A stretch of DNA of 64,000 nt from Orbicella franksi (taxonomy: Eukaryota). The position numbers and the translations under genes were made by a program. The stretch covers positions 7,564,001-7,628,000 of the forward strand of contig OZ116698.1 of assembly GCA_964199315.1 (NCBI GenBank). Direction: 5' to 3'. Shown here piece by piece: positions 1-14,545 of this stretch (its first letter is position 1; each line of letters starts with the position of its first letter). Below the pieces are notes generated by a model. The model saw nothing but the letters and a program-made list of their open reading frames with translations. It made no database searches and was not told the origin of the DNA.

Positions 1-29
1 ACAATCAGTTCTAGAATTTGTTAAAATAC

Positions 30-117
30 CTTCTTGGGGATCCCATCGTCCAGGAGCTCCCTCCAGCATCACCGCAGACAACAGAAGAATGAACGAAATA
101 GTCTTCACGAGCGACAT
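30..117 (-). CDS. Exon 1 (signal peptide and start of propeptide) of a further copy of the small Cys-rich secreted peptide gene; remaining exons lie outside the window
   Basis: ATG at 117; MSLVKTISFILLLSAVMLEGAPGRWDPQE then phase-1 GT donor at 29-28; near-identical to 6363-6450 and 17191-17278. Confidence 0.85.
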
Positions 118-1568
118 CTAATCCTTTGGGCACCGTTGGAAAGCGGAAAGAAAACAAAATACTGTAAAAAACCTGCTGTCGCGGGAAAACATATGTGGAA
201 TTTAGACCAATAGGGTAAAACTGAAGACCTTGCCATCGAATAACATCCTCTTCAGTCCTATCACAAAGATGTACGGGAAAAGAATTTGCTCGCTGCCGAC
301 TAACGCCGGCACCAAAAGTGGTCTAATAGAGAAGACAGTTAGAAACGATCAACAAAAAAAATTCTTTGGCTATTATAGAAGTTAAAAGAGTCTTCTAGTG
401 CTTGGTGAGGTTTTAGGAGTTATTTTCGCCCAGGACAGAATGATGACTTCCTGTGAGAGATCTTGACTTAATTTAATTTTAATCTTCGTGTTGTAGATCG
501 ATAGCAAGTTGATTTCGGCAATAAGTCTACAACTTAAAAATAATCCTGAAATAGTACCAAGGCACAAAAGCCCACGGTGAAAAACTTATTTTTGGCTATT
601 GGAAACAGTGACATTATATTGTGTTTGAGGGAGTATCTCACCTTGACAGTTGCTATCCAATATAATAATACTCTAATAACGAGCAATTCAGCACTTCCTC
701 AATGAAAAACTCCTGACGGAATCATCAACAAAGCTATAATAGTGTGCGAAGATAAACTTTTTGGTTGTAACAAATAAACCATTGTAATCAGTATCGTGCC
801 ACGCAACGATTGGCCACGTTTGGGTGAATAAATTACACAAATAGTGCGCGACAAGTCTCTTCGATACCGAAGCAATGTAACGGTTTCCCAGGTGTGCTGT
901 TCCGTTCTGTTCTCCGTAAAGTCTCCCTGCATTACCATAACAAGTCAGTTGAATCTTCCTTCAGATAGTGCGTCACTCATACCAATTTGTAAATATATTT
1001 CTCGCTGAAGCATTGTGTGTAAAGAAAAACCGTGACAAAAACTCATTTTCGGAAAGAAACTCATTTTGTTTAAATTCTCATGCCGGAGGGCAAACTGAGT
1101 AGACAAGTCTGACAGAGGCGATTGTTTTAGATCTCTTGTTCTTTTCACTGAGAGCCTACCTTGGTGAAAATCATTGCAGTTGATGTACGGTCTCACCATA
1201 ACATAGCGTATATTAAGTGACTGAAATGTTAGTTTCATGTTACTTGCAAGTTATTTGATTCGTAAATAGGTAAGTATAATATACAAGGGTACAAGTTAAA
1301 ATAATTAAAATCGAGGTTATGCTGATTAATCGAATTACTAATTGGAAAGGCCATGGATGTTGAATAAACGTGACAACTAACACAATAAGTCACATATATT
1401 TCGACTCCACTCAGAAGTAAGTGTGGTTAAATTTCATAGCATAGAAATAACTTTATCACTTAGTAGGCCATGCGAATTCCACGTGTTGCACGCGTACGTT
1501 GTTTGGTTTGATTGACAATAATGCGAGATCACACGAAACTCAATGCTCCGCATTGGCGTCTTACTAAA

Positions 1569-2027
1569 GGCTGGTTTTCACTAGCGACGGAGTCGGAGCC
1601 GGAGTCGTGGTCGGAGTGATAAGAGCGCTTATAACTTAGTAAAAATCGAAAATCAGATTCGTATGCGAAGTCGTAAGCTCGACGGAATCGGAGTAGGAAG
1701 AATCGCAACGTTTCCATTTCTTCCGATTCCGTTTACGACTCCGTCGCTTAGGATCCAATGAAAACTACATTGTTGGAGTCGGAAGGAGAAACGGAAGAAC
1801 CAACCAATCACAAGGCCCGGAATCAAACATTGTGATTGGTTTATTCTTCCGCTTCCGCTTGCGACTCCGACAATTTAGTTTTCACTGGATCGTAAGCGAC
1901 GGAGTCGTAGGCGGATGCGGTGTTCTGCTTCCGACTCCGTTAGTTTGATTTCATTAGATAGTATCACTCTAGGCTTCTGAGTACGACTCCGACTCCGACT
2001 CCGTCACTTAGCTAGAGAAAACCAGCA
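1569..2027. mobile_element. MITE with GGCTGGTTTTCACTAG termini (PIF/Harbinger-like); second copy 7903-8361
   Basis: Terminal inverted repeats ggctggttttcactagcgacggagtcgg / ccgactccgtc..ctagagaaaaccagc; absent from the third unit near 18725. Confidence 0.8.
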
Positions 2028-2540
2028 TGGTGCAACGACATAACGGGTAACAGAGAGTTGTAACATATGCTCGGGTCGCCTCGGTAGCATTCTCGGGCCT
2101 AAATGGTGCTTTGGTTAACCTAAATAGCGCTTAGGTTACCCTAACTAGCGTCTGGATTAGCCCGCACAGCTTTCCTATTAGTGTAGATAGCACCAACTCG
2201 ACAATGATTGCGAGGATGTGCTGAAAGCTATTACCGTTTCGCCGTTAAGTGTTTTACTAACAAACCATGAAAAGAAGCATCCAATAAATAAGTCAGAAGG
2301 TAGGTGTTTACTTACACAAGTCTTAACAAGGAAACCGGCTTTACTTCTGCGTACCAAACCACAGTCATTATTGAACATTAGAAAGCTTTGTTGAAAGCCT
2401 GGAATATATTCGGTTTTGCTCAGTGAAGACCACGTCCAGATTCCAGATTGCTGAAATTATTAACAGTTACGTTAGATTCTGTTTTGCGTAGTATCTACAA
2501 AACTTAACGAGGCCAATGAGTTTGGATTCTTTTGAATTAA

Positions 2541-3088
2541 GGTGGCTCCCTATAGTTTTACGATCGCGCGAGCGCTGAGGAAGTAATCTGCGCGCGCTCA
2601 AAGGAAACGTCAGTGTTTGTCGATATGTTATTACGTCAAAGCGGGCACAAAAAGCAAAACTTACGGTGAATTTTCTCGCGTTTCCTTCGGTGAAATTCCG
2701 TAAAATTTGGCAGATTGGTAGAAAATATTTTACTTAAAATAAAATATCGAAAAAACTGCCTTTACAACCCCGACTTTTTTCGTGTTTAAAATTCGTATCC
2801 CGCTGGAAGCGATGTGATGTAAAAATTTTGGAAGATTTCACCGAAGGAAATTCATGAAAATCACAAATAAAGCCATAAAAACAGTAAAAAACACTTTTGT
2901 TTGGGCATTTATTATTTAAGACTGAATCCCAAAATTTTAACAAAGATGATAGCAAAACATTATTTAATCATTGCTTATTACATGTAATAAGTTTGAGAGG
3001 ACTAGGTGTGAAAGCGAATGCAAAGACAGCATTCAAAACATAACACTTGCGCGCGCAACGCCATAAATGATTATCCTATGGAGCCACC
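2541..3088. mobile_element. MITE with TTAA target-site duplication (Kolobok-type termini); second copy 8875-9422
   Basis: TTAA|GGTGGCTCC ... GGAGCCACC|TTAA; empty site seen at about 19240 in the third unit. Confidence 0.85.
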
Positions 3089-3797
3089 TTAAATGTGCTA
3101 TCGGCGGCTGGGAGGAGAAACCTGGCCATTATCGAGTGGGTCATGAGTAAACTTACACAGAATGAACGTATAGTTTATTTTTTATTCTATTATACAACTG
3201 TACATATGATAGCCTTTACAGCGCTTTTTCTTTTGCAGTGACAGTCTGCAGGAAGTGAGTTGATGGGTCCAGGTATAATTCATTCGTTCGTTCCTCCGAT
3301 TGAAATATACAGCAATCCAGCACAAAACACCGCGAACAGTGTGGTAAAGAAAAAAAAACAAGCTTCGAAGAAAAAGAAAATGAGATCTCCGTCTTACCCT
3401 CAACAGCGAATTGCTAAATGAGTCCTTTGGATTAATACTGAGATCAGTGAACAATGTTGTCAATGTTGTTTGAGATAAATTTCTCATAATGCAAATCAAG
3501 TACCAACCGTTGAAGTCAAGAAAAAAAACGGAACTCAATTGAGCGGATAGCTATCTCTCGAACTCAAACCTATGTCTTCGCAACTTTCCAGTTGTTACTT
3601 GAGAAATTTCGTATTCCAGGTAAAATTAGACTCAGTACTATGGTTTACTCCAATCCAAAAGGCACAGCATTGATTAATCGATACTCCTAGCTAATGTTTT
3701 GTGCGTCAGTCTGGTTGAGCTTTTGTCTCAAATTGGACACATGCCAGGAGCCCATGCTCGTCCTGGGAAGTTTACTTGCCAACTTTGCCACCATGCC

Positions 3798-4042
3798 AGG
3801 GTCCGGTTGTTCAAAGCTCGATTAAGCTAACCCAGGATTAACATTAAGAATTTTGATTTCAGTCTTGTAACTTCTCGGCGAAGTTTTCTGTTTATAACGT
3901 TTGTCTTTCAGTTTTGAACTTGACTAAGCTCAAACTGCACAAAACGTGAGCAGTAAAAAACCTTTTTATACAAGAAAAATTAATACTTCGGTTAACTTTT
4001 AATCCTGGGTTAGCGTTAACCGGCTTTCAAACAACCCGGCCT
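3798..4042. mobile_element. Non-autonomous TIR element (MITE); second copy about 15472-15716
   Basis: Inverted termini ggtccggttgttcaaagc..taacccaggattaa / ttaatcctgggttagc..ctttcaaacaacccggcc. Confidence 0.75.
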
Positions 4043-4345
4043 TGCAGAGTAATATACTTGATGAGGTGCGCAGATGTCCCAAACTCACTCCTGTAGGAAA
4101 AGAAGAATGAATTATCTGTCCATCCATATAAGAACGGTTTTCATTTGAGTGTCAAAATGTAATTGGTTTTGCGTCAACTACGCCACACGATTGGCTTATA
4201 ACACTAGCGCCACTTTTTCTACAAATCATGAGTAGAACCAAAACCAATCGTAACTCTATCGCACACGTTTTCCTGCGTTTGGCGTTAGCGTTGTCACGTT
4301 GACTTAATTCCAAGAGCCATATTTTATAATGATTCAGAGAGCATT

Positions 4346-6450
4346 TCATTCCATCCCTTCTATGTTAGAATACTGGCCCTGTAGATGAAAGAAAACAAAC
4401 ACACAACGCCAGTGATTTCTCCATTTTTTTCATTATTATTTTTATTGCTGCAAAAACTGCAGTATTGTAACCCGACAAAGACAGCTCTCGTCCCAATGAC
4501 TTATTTCATTCGGTACTGTTAACATCGTTGACGGGTAGTTGCCGTTGTCACTGGAGATAAAAAAGGAAATAATAAATCATTCTAAGTAATTAATGATATC
4601 ATTCGAAAACATGCTCTTGCTTTCTTGTCTCCTTGCGCTCTTGCGCTTAAAACGAAGAGAAAGACGCGAATGGAGAGAGAAGGGGGTTAACGAAATGATG
4701 CTAGTACATTTCTGGAAGGACGAAAAATTCTGCCAGCGTTTTACTGCTTTCAGCTTAAAACTCGTCATCAAACGTTTGTGAACCCAATATAACAACCCTT
4801 AGTTTTGTATTAAATCGGAGTGAAGTAGCTTTATGGGCGTCTAAGCCTCTTTGACTCACGGTTGCGCTGTCAAGCAGAAGTGTTTCAAATCAACGCCGGG
4901 TTGTCCAGGTGTTCAGCGCTTCAGTCAAGGGCGGTTATTTAAACGTTTGCTCTCATGTGCGGCGCTTATTCAAGTACGGTCTTATTTGAGTAACTACGAT
5001 TCTTAAAAGTTAGTTTCATCATCAAATGCTTTTCTCGTTAAACGCGTTTTCAGATCTTCTGCTAACAGTCGGTTTAACATTACAGCCAGGCTTTCTGTGA
5101 AAAACAAAGGGTCTTTGAAAGAAAAATATATCAATATTCATAGATTTAAAATTTACCTGAGGACCCCTGCGACAACAATTCTGATCCGGATAAGGGCAAT
5201 ATCCATAGCCGTCGATCGCACATGAAGCACTGATGCAAAAGTCTTCGGGATTTTGTTGTCCGCAGGGCGGCAGTTGACGACTTTCCAATACTGCGTCATC
5301 GAATTCACCTGTTGAAACACCAATATGGGTGGAAATTCCTAAGTATAAACTTGTATGCTGCACATCTCTTCGAGTACTTTTCTTTTAATTTGCTTCGCTC
5401 ATGTAATTTTTAAATCTGTCCCTCTCCTTTCTCAATAGCTGACTTGGGAGCAAAGATCAAGTAATTTTCGGCCAAGTTGATAAGGATTATATTAAATGTA
5501 ATAATACATAAAATATATTCTGCTCGTACATTCTCGGTATTGGACTGGAACTAGCTTGCAACTGTGGCTAATGCAGGAGTCTTTTCAAATACAAATGATA
5601 TTTATCTCTTTTTAATAATATTTCCCGCATGAGCCTCCATTGCATGCTAGTTCCAGTCCACTGACCGAGAATACGAATATGTTCTATTCCACAGGACCAA
5701 AACCATGTGCGTACATCCGGGTTACAAAGGCATTCGCCTAGCTTTTACTTCACATAAAGTCCACGTAATGTCAAATCCGATTAAAGATAAAGTGAACTAC
5801 AGATCTAGAGGGGGAAACATTGGCTTTGGGGCGCTTATTACAAAGGGGCGCTTATTTGTAAAAACGGCCCTCAATGGAGAGCTCGAGCGCACTGAAAGGA
5901 GCGCTTATTGGAAGGAGGGCGCTAACTCAAATCATTGTGGTAGTTATTCTACTTTTCTTAGTTAGCCAAATCGAAATGTCAATTGTATTCCCCTAGAAAG
6001 ACATTCAAGTAATTGAGACACAAAGATTTCACGTCCGCTGGCCAGTCAAATGCTCAAACATTGAGCTACATAACATTGACTAGAAATAACTATGATATAT
6101 AACTAGGCCTAGAACTGAAAAGTGTGCCTCTTACTGTTGATTGATTGACATATATTTCTTTGACAGTTCCATTTTTTTCAGAGAACTCAGCGCTGCATCA
6201 AATCATGACCTAAGCTAACTCAATGTCGGCAAGCTCGGAAATGAACTAAGAGGGCATATAACTCTTGTGTGTTTTTGTAAACAATTCTTAGTGAGAAAGG
6301 ATGAGTAATTTGATCGGGAGACTCTACAATTTTACAATCAGTTCTAGCATTTGTTAAAATACCTTCTTGGGGATCCCATCGTCCAGGAGCTCCCTCCAGC
6401 ATCACCGAAGACAACAGAAGAATAAACGAAATAGTCTTCACGAGCGACAT
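4346..6450 (-). CDS. Paralogue A: 90-aa secreted precursor of a 6-Cys beta-defensin-like/SCRiP-like peptide; exons 6363-6450, 5157-5308, 4346-4378
   Basis: Canonical, phase-matched splice sites (GAAG|GT, caacag|GT; CAG|GTAAAT, ctacag|GGC) give MSLVKTISFILLLSSVMLEGAPGRWDPQEGEFDDAVLESR-QLPPCGQQNPEDFCISASCAIDGYGYCPYPDQNCC-RRGPQGQYSNIEGME*. Confidence 0.85.
5490..5690. mobile_element. Fold-back repeat within the extra 820 bp of paralogue A intron 1
   Basis: Arms tcggtattggactggaactagcttgca (5534-5560) and tgcatgctagttccagtccactgaccga (5641-5668); 5439-6260 is missing from paralogue B intron 1. Confidence 0.6.
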
Positions 6451-9400
6451 CTAATCCTTTGGGCACCGTTGGTAAGAGGGAAGAAAAGAAAATACTGTAA
6501 AAAACCTGCTGTCGAGGGAAAACATATGTGGAATCTAGACCAATAGGGTAAAACTGAAGACCTTGCCATCGAATAATATCCTCTTCAGTCCTATCGCAAA
6601 GATGTACGGGAAAAGAATTTGCTCACTGCCGACTAACACCGGCACCAAAAGTGGTCTAATAGAGAAGACAGTTAGAAACGATCAACAAAAAAAATCCCCT
6701 GGGCTATCGAAGAAGTTAAAAGAGTCTTCCAGTGCATGGTAAGGTTTTATGAGTTATTTTCGCCCAGGACAGAACGATGACTTCTTGTGAGAGATCTTGA
6801 CTTAATTTAATTTTAATTTTGGTGTTGTAGGTCGATAGAAAGTTGATTTCGGCAATAAGTCTACAACTTAAAAATAATCCTGAAATAGTACCAAGGCACA
6901 AAAGCCCACGGTGAAAAACTTATTTTTGGCTATTGGAAACAGTGACATTATATTGTGTTTGAGGGAGTATCTCACCTTGACAGTTGCTATCCAATATAAT
7001 AATACTCTAATAACGAGCAATTCAGCACTTCCTCAATGAAAAACTGCTGACGGAATCATCAACAAAGCTATAATAGTGTGCGAAGATAAACGTTTTGGTT
7101 GTAACAATTAAGCCATCGTAATGAGTATCGTGACACGCAACGATTGGCCACGTTTGGGTGAATAAATTACACAAATAGTGCGCGACAAGTCTCTTCGATA
7201 CCGAAGCAATGTAACGGTTTCCCAGGTGTGCTGTTCCGTTCTGTTCTCCGTAAAGTCTCCCTGCATTACCATAACAAGTCAGTTGAATCTTCCTTCAGAT
7301 AGTGCGTCACTCATACCAATTTGTAAATATATTTCTCGCTAAAGCATTGTGTGTAAAGAAAAACCGTGACAAAAACTCATTTTCGGAAAGAAACTCATTT
7401 TGTTTGAATTCTCATGCCGGAGGGCAAACTGAGTAGACAAGTCTGACAGAGGCGATTGTTTTAGATCTCTTGTTCTTTTCACTGAGAGCCTACCTTGGTG
7501 AAAATCATTGCAGTTGATGTACGGTCTCACCATAACACAGGGTATATTAAGTGACTGAAATGTTAGTTTCATGTTACTTGCAAGTTATTTGATTCGTAAA
7601 TAGGTAAGTATAATATACAATGGTACAAGTTAAAATAATTAAAAGCGAGGTTAAGCTGATTAATCGAATTACTAATTGGAAAGGCCATGGATGTTGAATA
7701 AACGTGACAACTAACACAATAAGTCACATATATTTCGACTCCACTCAGAAGCAAGTGTGGTTAAATTTCATAGCATAGAAATAACTTTATCACTTAGTAG
7801 GCCATGCGAATTCCACGTGTTGCACGCGTACGTTGTTTGGTTTGATTGACAATAATGCGAGATCACACGAAACTCAATGCTCCGCATTGGCGTCTTACTA
7901 AAGGCTGGTTTTCACTAGCGACGGAGTCGGAGCCGGAGTCGTGGTCGGAGTGATAAGAGCGCTTATAACTTAGTAAAAATCGAAAATCAGATTCGTATGC
8001 GAAGTCGTAAGCTCGACGGAATCGGAGTAGGAAGAATCGCAACGTTTCCATTTCTTCCGATTCCGTTTACGACTCCGTCGCTTAGGATCCAATGAAAACT
8101 ACATTGTTGGAGTCGGAAGGAGAAACGGAAGAACCAACCAATCACAAGGCCCGGAATCAAACATTGTGATTGGTTTATTCTTCCGCTTCCGCTTGCGACT
8201 CCGACAATTTAGTTTTCACTGGATCGTAAGCGACGGAGTCGTAGGCGGATGCGGTGTTCTGCTTCCGACTCCGTTAGTTTGATTTCATTAGATAGTATCA
8301 CTCTAGGCTTCTGAGTACGACTCCGACTCCGACTCCGTCACTTAGCTAGAGAAAACCAGCATGGTGCAACGACATAACGGGTAACAGAGAGTTGTAACAT
8401 ATGCTCGGGTCGCCTCGGTAGCATTCTCGGGCCTAAATGGTGCTTTGGTTAACCTAAATAGCGCTTAGGTTACCCTAACTAGCGTCTGGATTAGCCCGAA
8501 CAGCTTTCCTATTAGTGTAGATAGCACCAACTCGACAATGATTGCGAGGATGTGCTGAAAGCTATTACTGTTTCGCCGTTAAGTGTTTTACTAACAAACC
8601 ATGAAAAGAAGCATCCGATAAATAACTCAGAAGGTAGGTGTTTACTTACACAAGTCTTAACAAGGAAACCGGCTTTACTTCTGCGTACCAAACCACAGTC
8701 ATTATTGAACATTAGAAAGCTTTGTTGAAAGCCTGGAATATATTCGGTTTTGCTCAGTGAAGACCACGTCCAGATTCCAGATTGCTGAAATTATTAACAG
8801 TTACGTTAGATTCTGTTTTGCGTAGTATCTACAAAACTTAACGAGGCCAATGAGTTTGGATTCTTTTGAATTAAGGTGGCTCCCTATAGTTTTACGATCG
8901 CGCGAGCGCTGAGGAAGTAATCTGCGCGCGCTCAAAGGAAACGTCAGTGTTTGTCGATATTTTATTACGTCAAAGCGAGCACAAAAGGCAAAACTGACGG
9001 TGAATTTTCTCGCGTTTCCTTCGGTGAAATTCCGTAAAATTTGGCAGATTGGTAGAGAATATTTTACTTAAAATAAAATATCGAAAAAACTGCCTTTACA
9101 ACCCCGACTTTTTTCGTGTTTAAAATTCGTATCCCGCTGGAAGCGATGTGATGTAAAAATTTTGGAAGATTTCACCGAAGGAAATTCATGAAAATCACAA
9201 ATAAAGCCATAAAAACAGTAAAAAACACTTTTGTTTGGGCATTTATTATTTAAGACTAAATCCCAAAATTTTAACAAAGATGATAGCAAAACACTATTTA
9301 ATCATTGCTTATTACATGTAATAAGTTTGAGAGGACTAGGTGTGAAAGCGAATTCAAAGACAGCATTCAAAACATAACACTTGCGCGCGCAACGCCATAA

Positions 9401-10810
9401 ATGATTATCCTATGGAGCCACCTTAAATGTGCTATCGGCGGCTGGGAGGAGAAACCTGGCCATTATCGAGTGGGTCATGAGTAAACTTACACAGAAAGAA
9501 CGTATAGTTTATTTTTTATTCTATTATACAACTGTACATATGATAGCCTTTACAGCGCTTTTTCTTTTGCAGTGACAGTCTGCAGGAAGTGAGTTGATGG
9601 GTCCAGGTATAATTCATTCGTTCGTTCGTTCTTTCGTTCGTTCCTCCGATTGAAATATACAGCAATCCAGCACAATACTGGTCGAATACCATAGCAAAAT
9701 GCTTTTTTTATCCTAGATCTTCATCGATTGGTTTTAATTGAGAAACTACTGCAATGGATCTTTCTTGTTTGATTAATTTGCGCCGGAAAACCCCCACTTT
9801 CGTATTCAAAATCCCTTTGACTGAACGTCCTCAGTTTAAACACTTACCAAAACTGGCCGCAAGGGCTCCTTAAAGGAACATGAAAAGACGATACGAACAC
9901 AAAACACCGCGAACAGTGTGGTAAAGAAAAAAAAAAACAAGCTTCGAAGAAAAAGAAAATGAGATCTCCGTCTTACCCTCAAAAGCGAATTGCTAAATGA
10001 GTCCTTTGGATTAATACTGAGATCAGTGAGCAATGTTGCCAACGTTGTTTGAGATAAATTTCTTATAATGCAAATCGAGTATCTCGGATCACAGTTTTGG
10101 CGCGAAGGAAACAAGATGGAGTCTTAAATCTTTAATTGGTATACTTCTAAAACAGTAAATACTATACTAGAAGTTTAAAAATAAATAACTCAAAAAGTAA
10201 GATGTTAGTCTGTCATACTCGCGTACGAATTGATGAAGAATGTTGTCTTTCGCGGTTATTTAATATTGTAAGATCAATGTATGAAATGCATTGTGGTATT
10301 AAAAAGAAGGGACGAATGGCAAAGGAAGCAATGCAAATTCCCTCAAATTTCCGCTCCTAGCTCGGTCAAATGACTTACCTGTCAACAGTCACAAGGGTTG
10401 TGAGTAGAAACACAGCCAAAATGGCGACAACTGTAGCGGACTTGTTCATCTTTCACTTTTGCTAAATAGTCACCTGTGATCAAATAGTTTGAATGAATTG
10501 ATTGAATGTTTGCACTACATAAATAACTCAAGACTACTAGCGATACGTCTTTTTCGTTGAAGAACACAACACTTAGAAGTTTACATACCTCTTGGCTTCA
10601 CGACTATTTTTTACGAGAGAAGACAAAAACGTATGAGTCAAGGTTGCCAACTTTTTGCCATTAGAGTAATATACCTAGGAGCAGAAGTGTGCCAAACTCA
10701 CGTCCCTATCGATAAAGCGAAGTATTTACTAACTATTCATTTATATAAGCGTGTAAAGGGTTTAATTAATTGTTTCCTTTCTTGAAACATAAGCTTGGGA
10801 TGCCTGTGTA

Positions 10811-11790
10811 GACGTAGGATTATTTCGAGTTGACCTTAGACATCGTTGAGTTCTTTAACAAAGTGTTATTATGTTCCCCTTTTTCCAGCCATGAAGAATA
10901 TTTCAATAATTCGCCGGTCTCTTGAGTTGTGTCTTGGAACACGAGAACAGGGCTCGAGTGTTCGACAGCTGTGTTCGACCGAACATGTTTCAGGTTCCAT
11001 AAGCTGTGAAGTTTGAAGAGCCCCAAACATGGTATTAAATCGATGGACACAGGGAAACCATTATGTGGAACTGAATATAACCACGCATGCCCAGGACAGA
11101 AGTACATCATGGGAACATATATATTAATGAAGTCAAGCTTTTTGTTAAGTGTTCACGTTTAGCTCCGATGTCGATCCCATGTTCACTTAGTTTCAAAAGA
11201 CATGTTTTATTACGCCGGATTGAGAGAGTATTTCATGCCATCCACCATGTTAATTTTGTCGAGGTGTCTTGAGGATTTTAACTTTAGTCTCAAAATAGAC
11301 ACAATCTACCTCCTAGCTTGACGACAGTTCCACCGCGATTGGGTCAATGCGGCCAAAACTTTCTGTCATCCCGAAAAATATTTTATTACTAGAACAATGT
11401 ACTACGTGCAGACTAGGATTATCTCCAGTTGACCTAAGACATCATTGAAGTCTTTAACAAAGTGAAGTGTCTTGAAAAACGAGAACAGGGTTCAAGTGTT
11501 CAACGGAACATTCAGATTCCATAAGCTGTGAAATTTGAAGAATCTGAAAGACAGCTTTAAATCCATGGACATATGGGAACCTGGAAATTGGAAATGAATA
11601 TAACCACAGCTGCATAGGATAGAACTACATTACAGTATATTAATGAAGAAAATAAATTTGCTTTTCGCTAATTGTTCAAAGTTAGCTCGGATATCGTTGA
11701 CATGTTCACTTAGTCTCAAAAGCCATCTTTTATTACGATAGAGGGAGCATTTCATTCCATACCTTCTTTGCTAGTAAACTGAAAAAAAAA
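10811..11790 (-). repeat. Two diverged direct copies (about 10811-11260 and 11400-11790) of a 3' UTR plus exon-3-like segment of the peptide gene family
   Basis: Both start gtagac(g/t)aggattat(t/c)tc(g/c)agttgacc and end in a gagagagta/gagggagca-tttcat(g/t)ccat motif matching the exon-3 stop region at 4337-4355. Confidence 0.6.
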
Positions 11791-12468
11791 AAACAACAAC
11801 AGCAGCAACAACAACAACAACAACAACACAGAACGTTTCCCCATTTTGTTTTTTTATAGCTGCGAAAAAATACTATTGGAGGACAAATTATCCAAGCTTT
11901 ATACTTCTTTCAGGTAAAAGGGAAGCACTAATTGAAAACTCAGTGATAAACGTGTCTGACCCGAATGGGACAGTCCTCGCTTCTTGCCAAAAATGGAGTA
12001 AAGTATCGTGGCTTTGTATGAGCGTGAGCCTCTTTGAATTCTGGCGCCTTAAAGTCTAATTAAGTGTTTTGAATGAGCGGCACCTTTTTTCCCAGGGGCA
12101 CGATGCTTATTCGAGGACCAGGGACTTATTTGAGTAAATACGATATTTTTGGGGGTTAACTACATCATAAAAGGCTTTTTTCGTAACACTCCTCTAAGTG
12201 CTGTTCCCTCTGCAATCTTCTGTTAGCAGTCATCTTCACATTTTAACCTATCTATGGACGGCAAAGGATCTTTGAAAGAAAAGAAAGCGATATATTGATG
12301 AAAGTAAAATATACCTAAGGACCCTTGGGATAACAAATCTGTTCATAAGGAAAATACCCAAAGTTAGGGTTCCCACACGTGCAGTCCTGAACACCGACCC
12401 TAGCCGCAATTAACTATACCCTCAGGTAGGCTTTTAAAAATTCGAAGGAGACCTCAGGCAACTATGCA
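11752..12468 (-). pseudogene. Divergent decayed paralogue of the Cys-rich peptide gene (exon-2-like 12315-12468, exon-3-like 11752-11778)
   Basis: Exon-2-like segment reads ...DCTCGNPNFGYFPYEQICYPKGP* (cf. GYCPYPDQNCCRKG), with stops/frameshift upstream and two Cys lost; exon-3-like FTSKEGME* after a polyT-cag acceptor; intron motifs (aagcctctttga, aaagg-tctttgaaagaaaa) shared with paralogues A and B. Confidence 0.7.
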
Positions 12469-14372
12469 CTGTTAGAAGTGTAATAATATCTATTTAGTGT
12501 TGAGTCATTTTTTGATTACTCCTTCCTAGAGAAACCAGAATTTATTTGTTATCTTCCCCTTTAGTACGTACACCTCCATAATGCAGGCACTCAGCTCTGC
12601 CTCGCAGGTGTCCAAGATACGTTCGACTGTATACTTGAGGAGAAAGTTTGTCCTGGTTGGAGGTTCACCCCCCACACAGACCCGCATCATTGGTGTGAGA
12701 ACTATTCATACCGTTCTTTATAAATAGATTGAGGTGAAATGTTAACGAGGAACCTCGCAAAGCCAGCTAGAGTGACCATGTATAGAGCGTAAGGTGACTC
12801 TGGGAGCTGACAAGCCAGATACCTTTCTCCGTATCATTCACACTTTAGATATCTTTGATTCGCTTACTTAAGCCGGGACATTTATTTGATGCTTACCAAT
12901 GTTCGAGCATTCCTTTATTACCACTGATGTAACTTATAATCCATCAAACTATTCTCGCTCGCGCACGTGATTCAGATCTAAGCCAGTAACTTGACTGAGT
13001 ATGTCTTACCTAAAACTGAGGAATATTCGAGTGATATTCCCCAAATTTCAAGATCCGAGTGTTGCGAGAAAGATTTGAAGGATAATGGACACAATAGCCC
13101 CATTTGATTTTAAAATATGCTCGGGTATTTGTCCTCGGATATTATCTGTTCCAAGAAGCAAACAGTTCTGAGGAAAACTGAGCTTCTCGGAACGCATAAT
13201 GTCGGAGAACAAATATCTGAGCATATTTTCGTGCCAAATAAAGGCTAATGGCTGCTATTGAATGGCAGTATGAATTCATCACAGCATTAGTGGTGGAAAG
13301 TGCTGGAAATTTGTTGCCAGCTTCCTTAAAAGTCCTTCTTCTGTACGCATGTACACGTATGTGAAAGTAATTTCGCTAAACCAGAGTTAAGTCATAACTG
13401 ATCCCATATTATATCTCGCTGGGGCCAATCTTAGTGCGGAGTTGGTGTTGTAAACTTTTTTTGCTGTTTCGGATCAATCAAAATTCTCTTTTTTACCAAG
13501 TATCGATCTGAAGTTCAAAGAACAATGAAGAGAGATTATAATTCTTACCTTTAACCACCTTTTATTGCCTTGTAGTCATTTAAACAGTAATGGCATGCGT
13601 TTTTATGCTGTACTGATGTTTCTCAGTCTAAATAAAATGGTTGCTCGTGTAATACAAGAACTATTTGAAACAAATCCTATTTAACGCAAATCCTCATTTA
13701 AACTTGTATATTGTATAATCACGATATTAGTTGTTCATTCGTTGTTTATCATCATTCCACTAATGGCATGGCTCGTTAACGGGATTGAAATCTTAAGTGT
13801 TACTCTCCTGTATCGAATTCCAGCTGTTCATTGGAAAGGAGAGCCTTATTACATGCTACGACTCGTTTACAAGTAAATTACTCCTTTTCAAGTGCGATAT
13901 TCCAGTTCCAGGAAAGAGCAAACATTGTAATACAATAATCTTGCATTTTCCCACTGCACAAGGCAAATAAGCGGGTTTCTTCTTCTTTTGTTTGTGTTTA
14001 TGCTTATGCTTATGTCGTGGCTGTTTTCACTTGTGCTTATGCTTATACTTGTGCTTATGCTCTAGTGAAAACCAGCCTTAATTGGTCAATTTAGCGGGCC
14101 GTGCTCTCCTAAACGGCCCGCTAAAATTTACAGTTGGTTTTGCTGCCAAACTGTTTGGTGATTTATCGATAAGTGTTCCTACCTTTTATAGCAAGTGAAA
14201 GTTTAAAACTTTCTTACACTCTTAATTATGTAATAAATCCAGCTCACGACTTAAAAACAGTTTCAAACTGACTCATTTTGCTTTCGAGGTAAGTCAGAAA
14301 TTTGAAGCCTTTCCGAGTCCGCGTGATGAATAGAAATCGTTTCCGAACCCGTCAGACACACAGTAGAGATAT

Positions 14373-14545
14373 AATAAATATCTTACTAACCTTGTCTTCT
14401 CGGTCCTTACTGTAAGTTACGGACCCTCGCTTTTTCCCCTTCGATTTATGACCCGCGTGCTTCGCGCTTGGGCCATAAATCGAAGGGGAAAAAAACTCGG
14501 TCCGTAACTTACAGTACGGACCTCGAACTCGTTAGTAAAGAGGTA
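14373..14545. mobile_element. Short palindromic MITE-like repeat
   Basis: tactgtaagttacggacc..tttttccccttcgatttatg / cataaatcgaaggggaaaaa..ggtccgtaacttacagta. Confidence 0.7.

Noticed and set aside
382-3538. Series of 60-120 aa ORFs recurring in each tandem unit
   Set aside because: They recur only because the DNA is duplicated; several lie in MITEs, none has a recognisable motif, and frames break between units
14090-14125. Perfect 13-bp GC-rich hairpin next to a lone Harbinger-type TIR end (about 14060-14077)
   Set aside because: Most simply a transposon remnant; no Helitron CTRR end or terminator context
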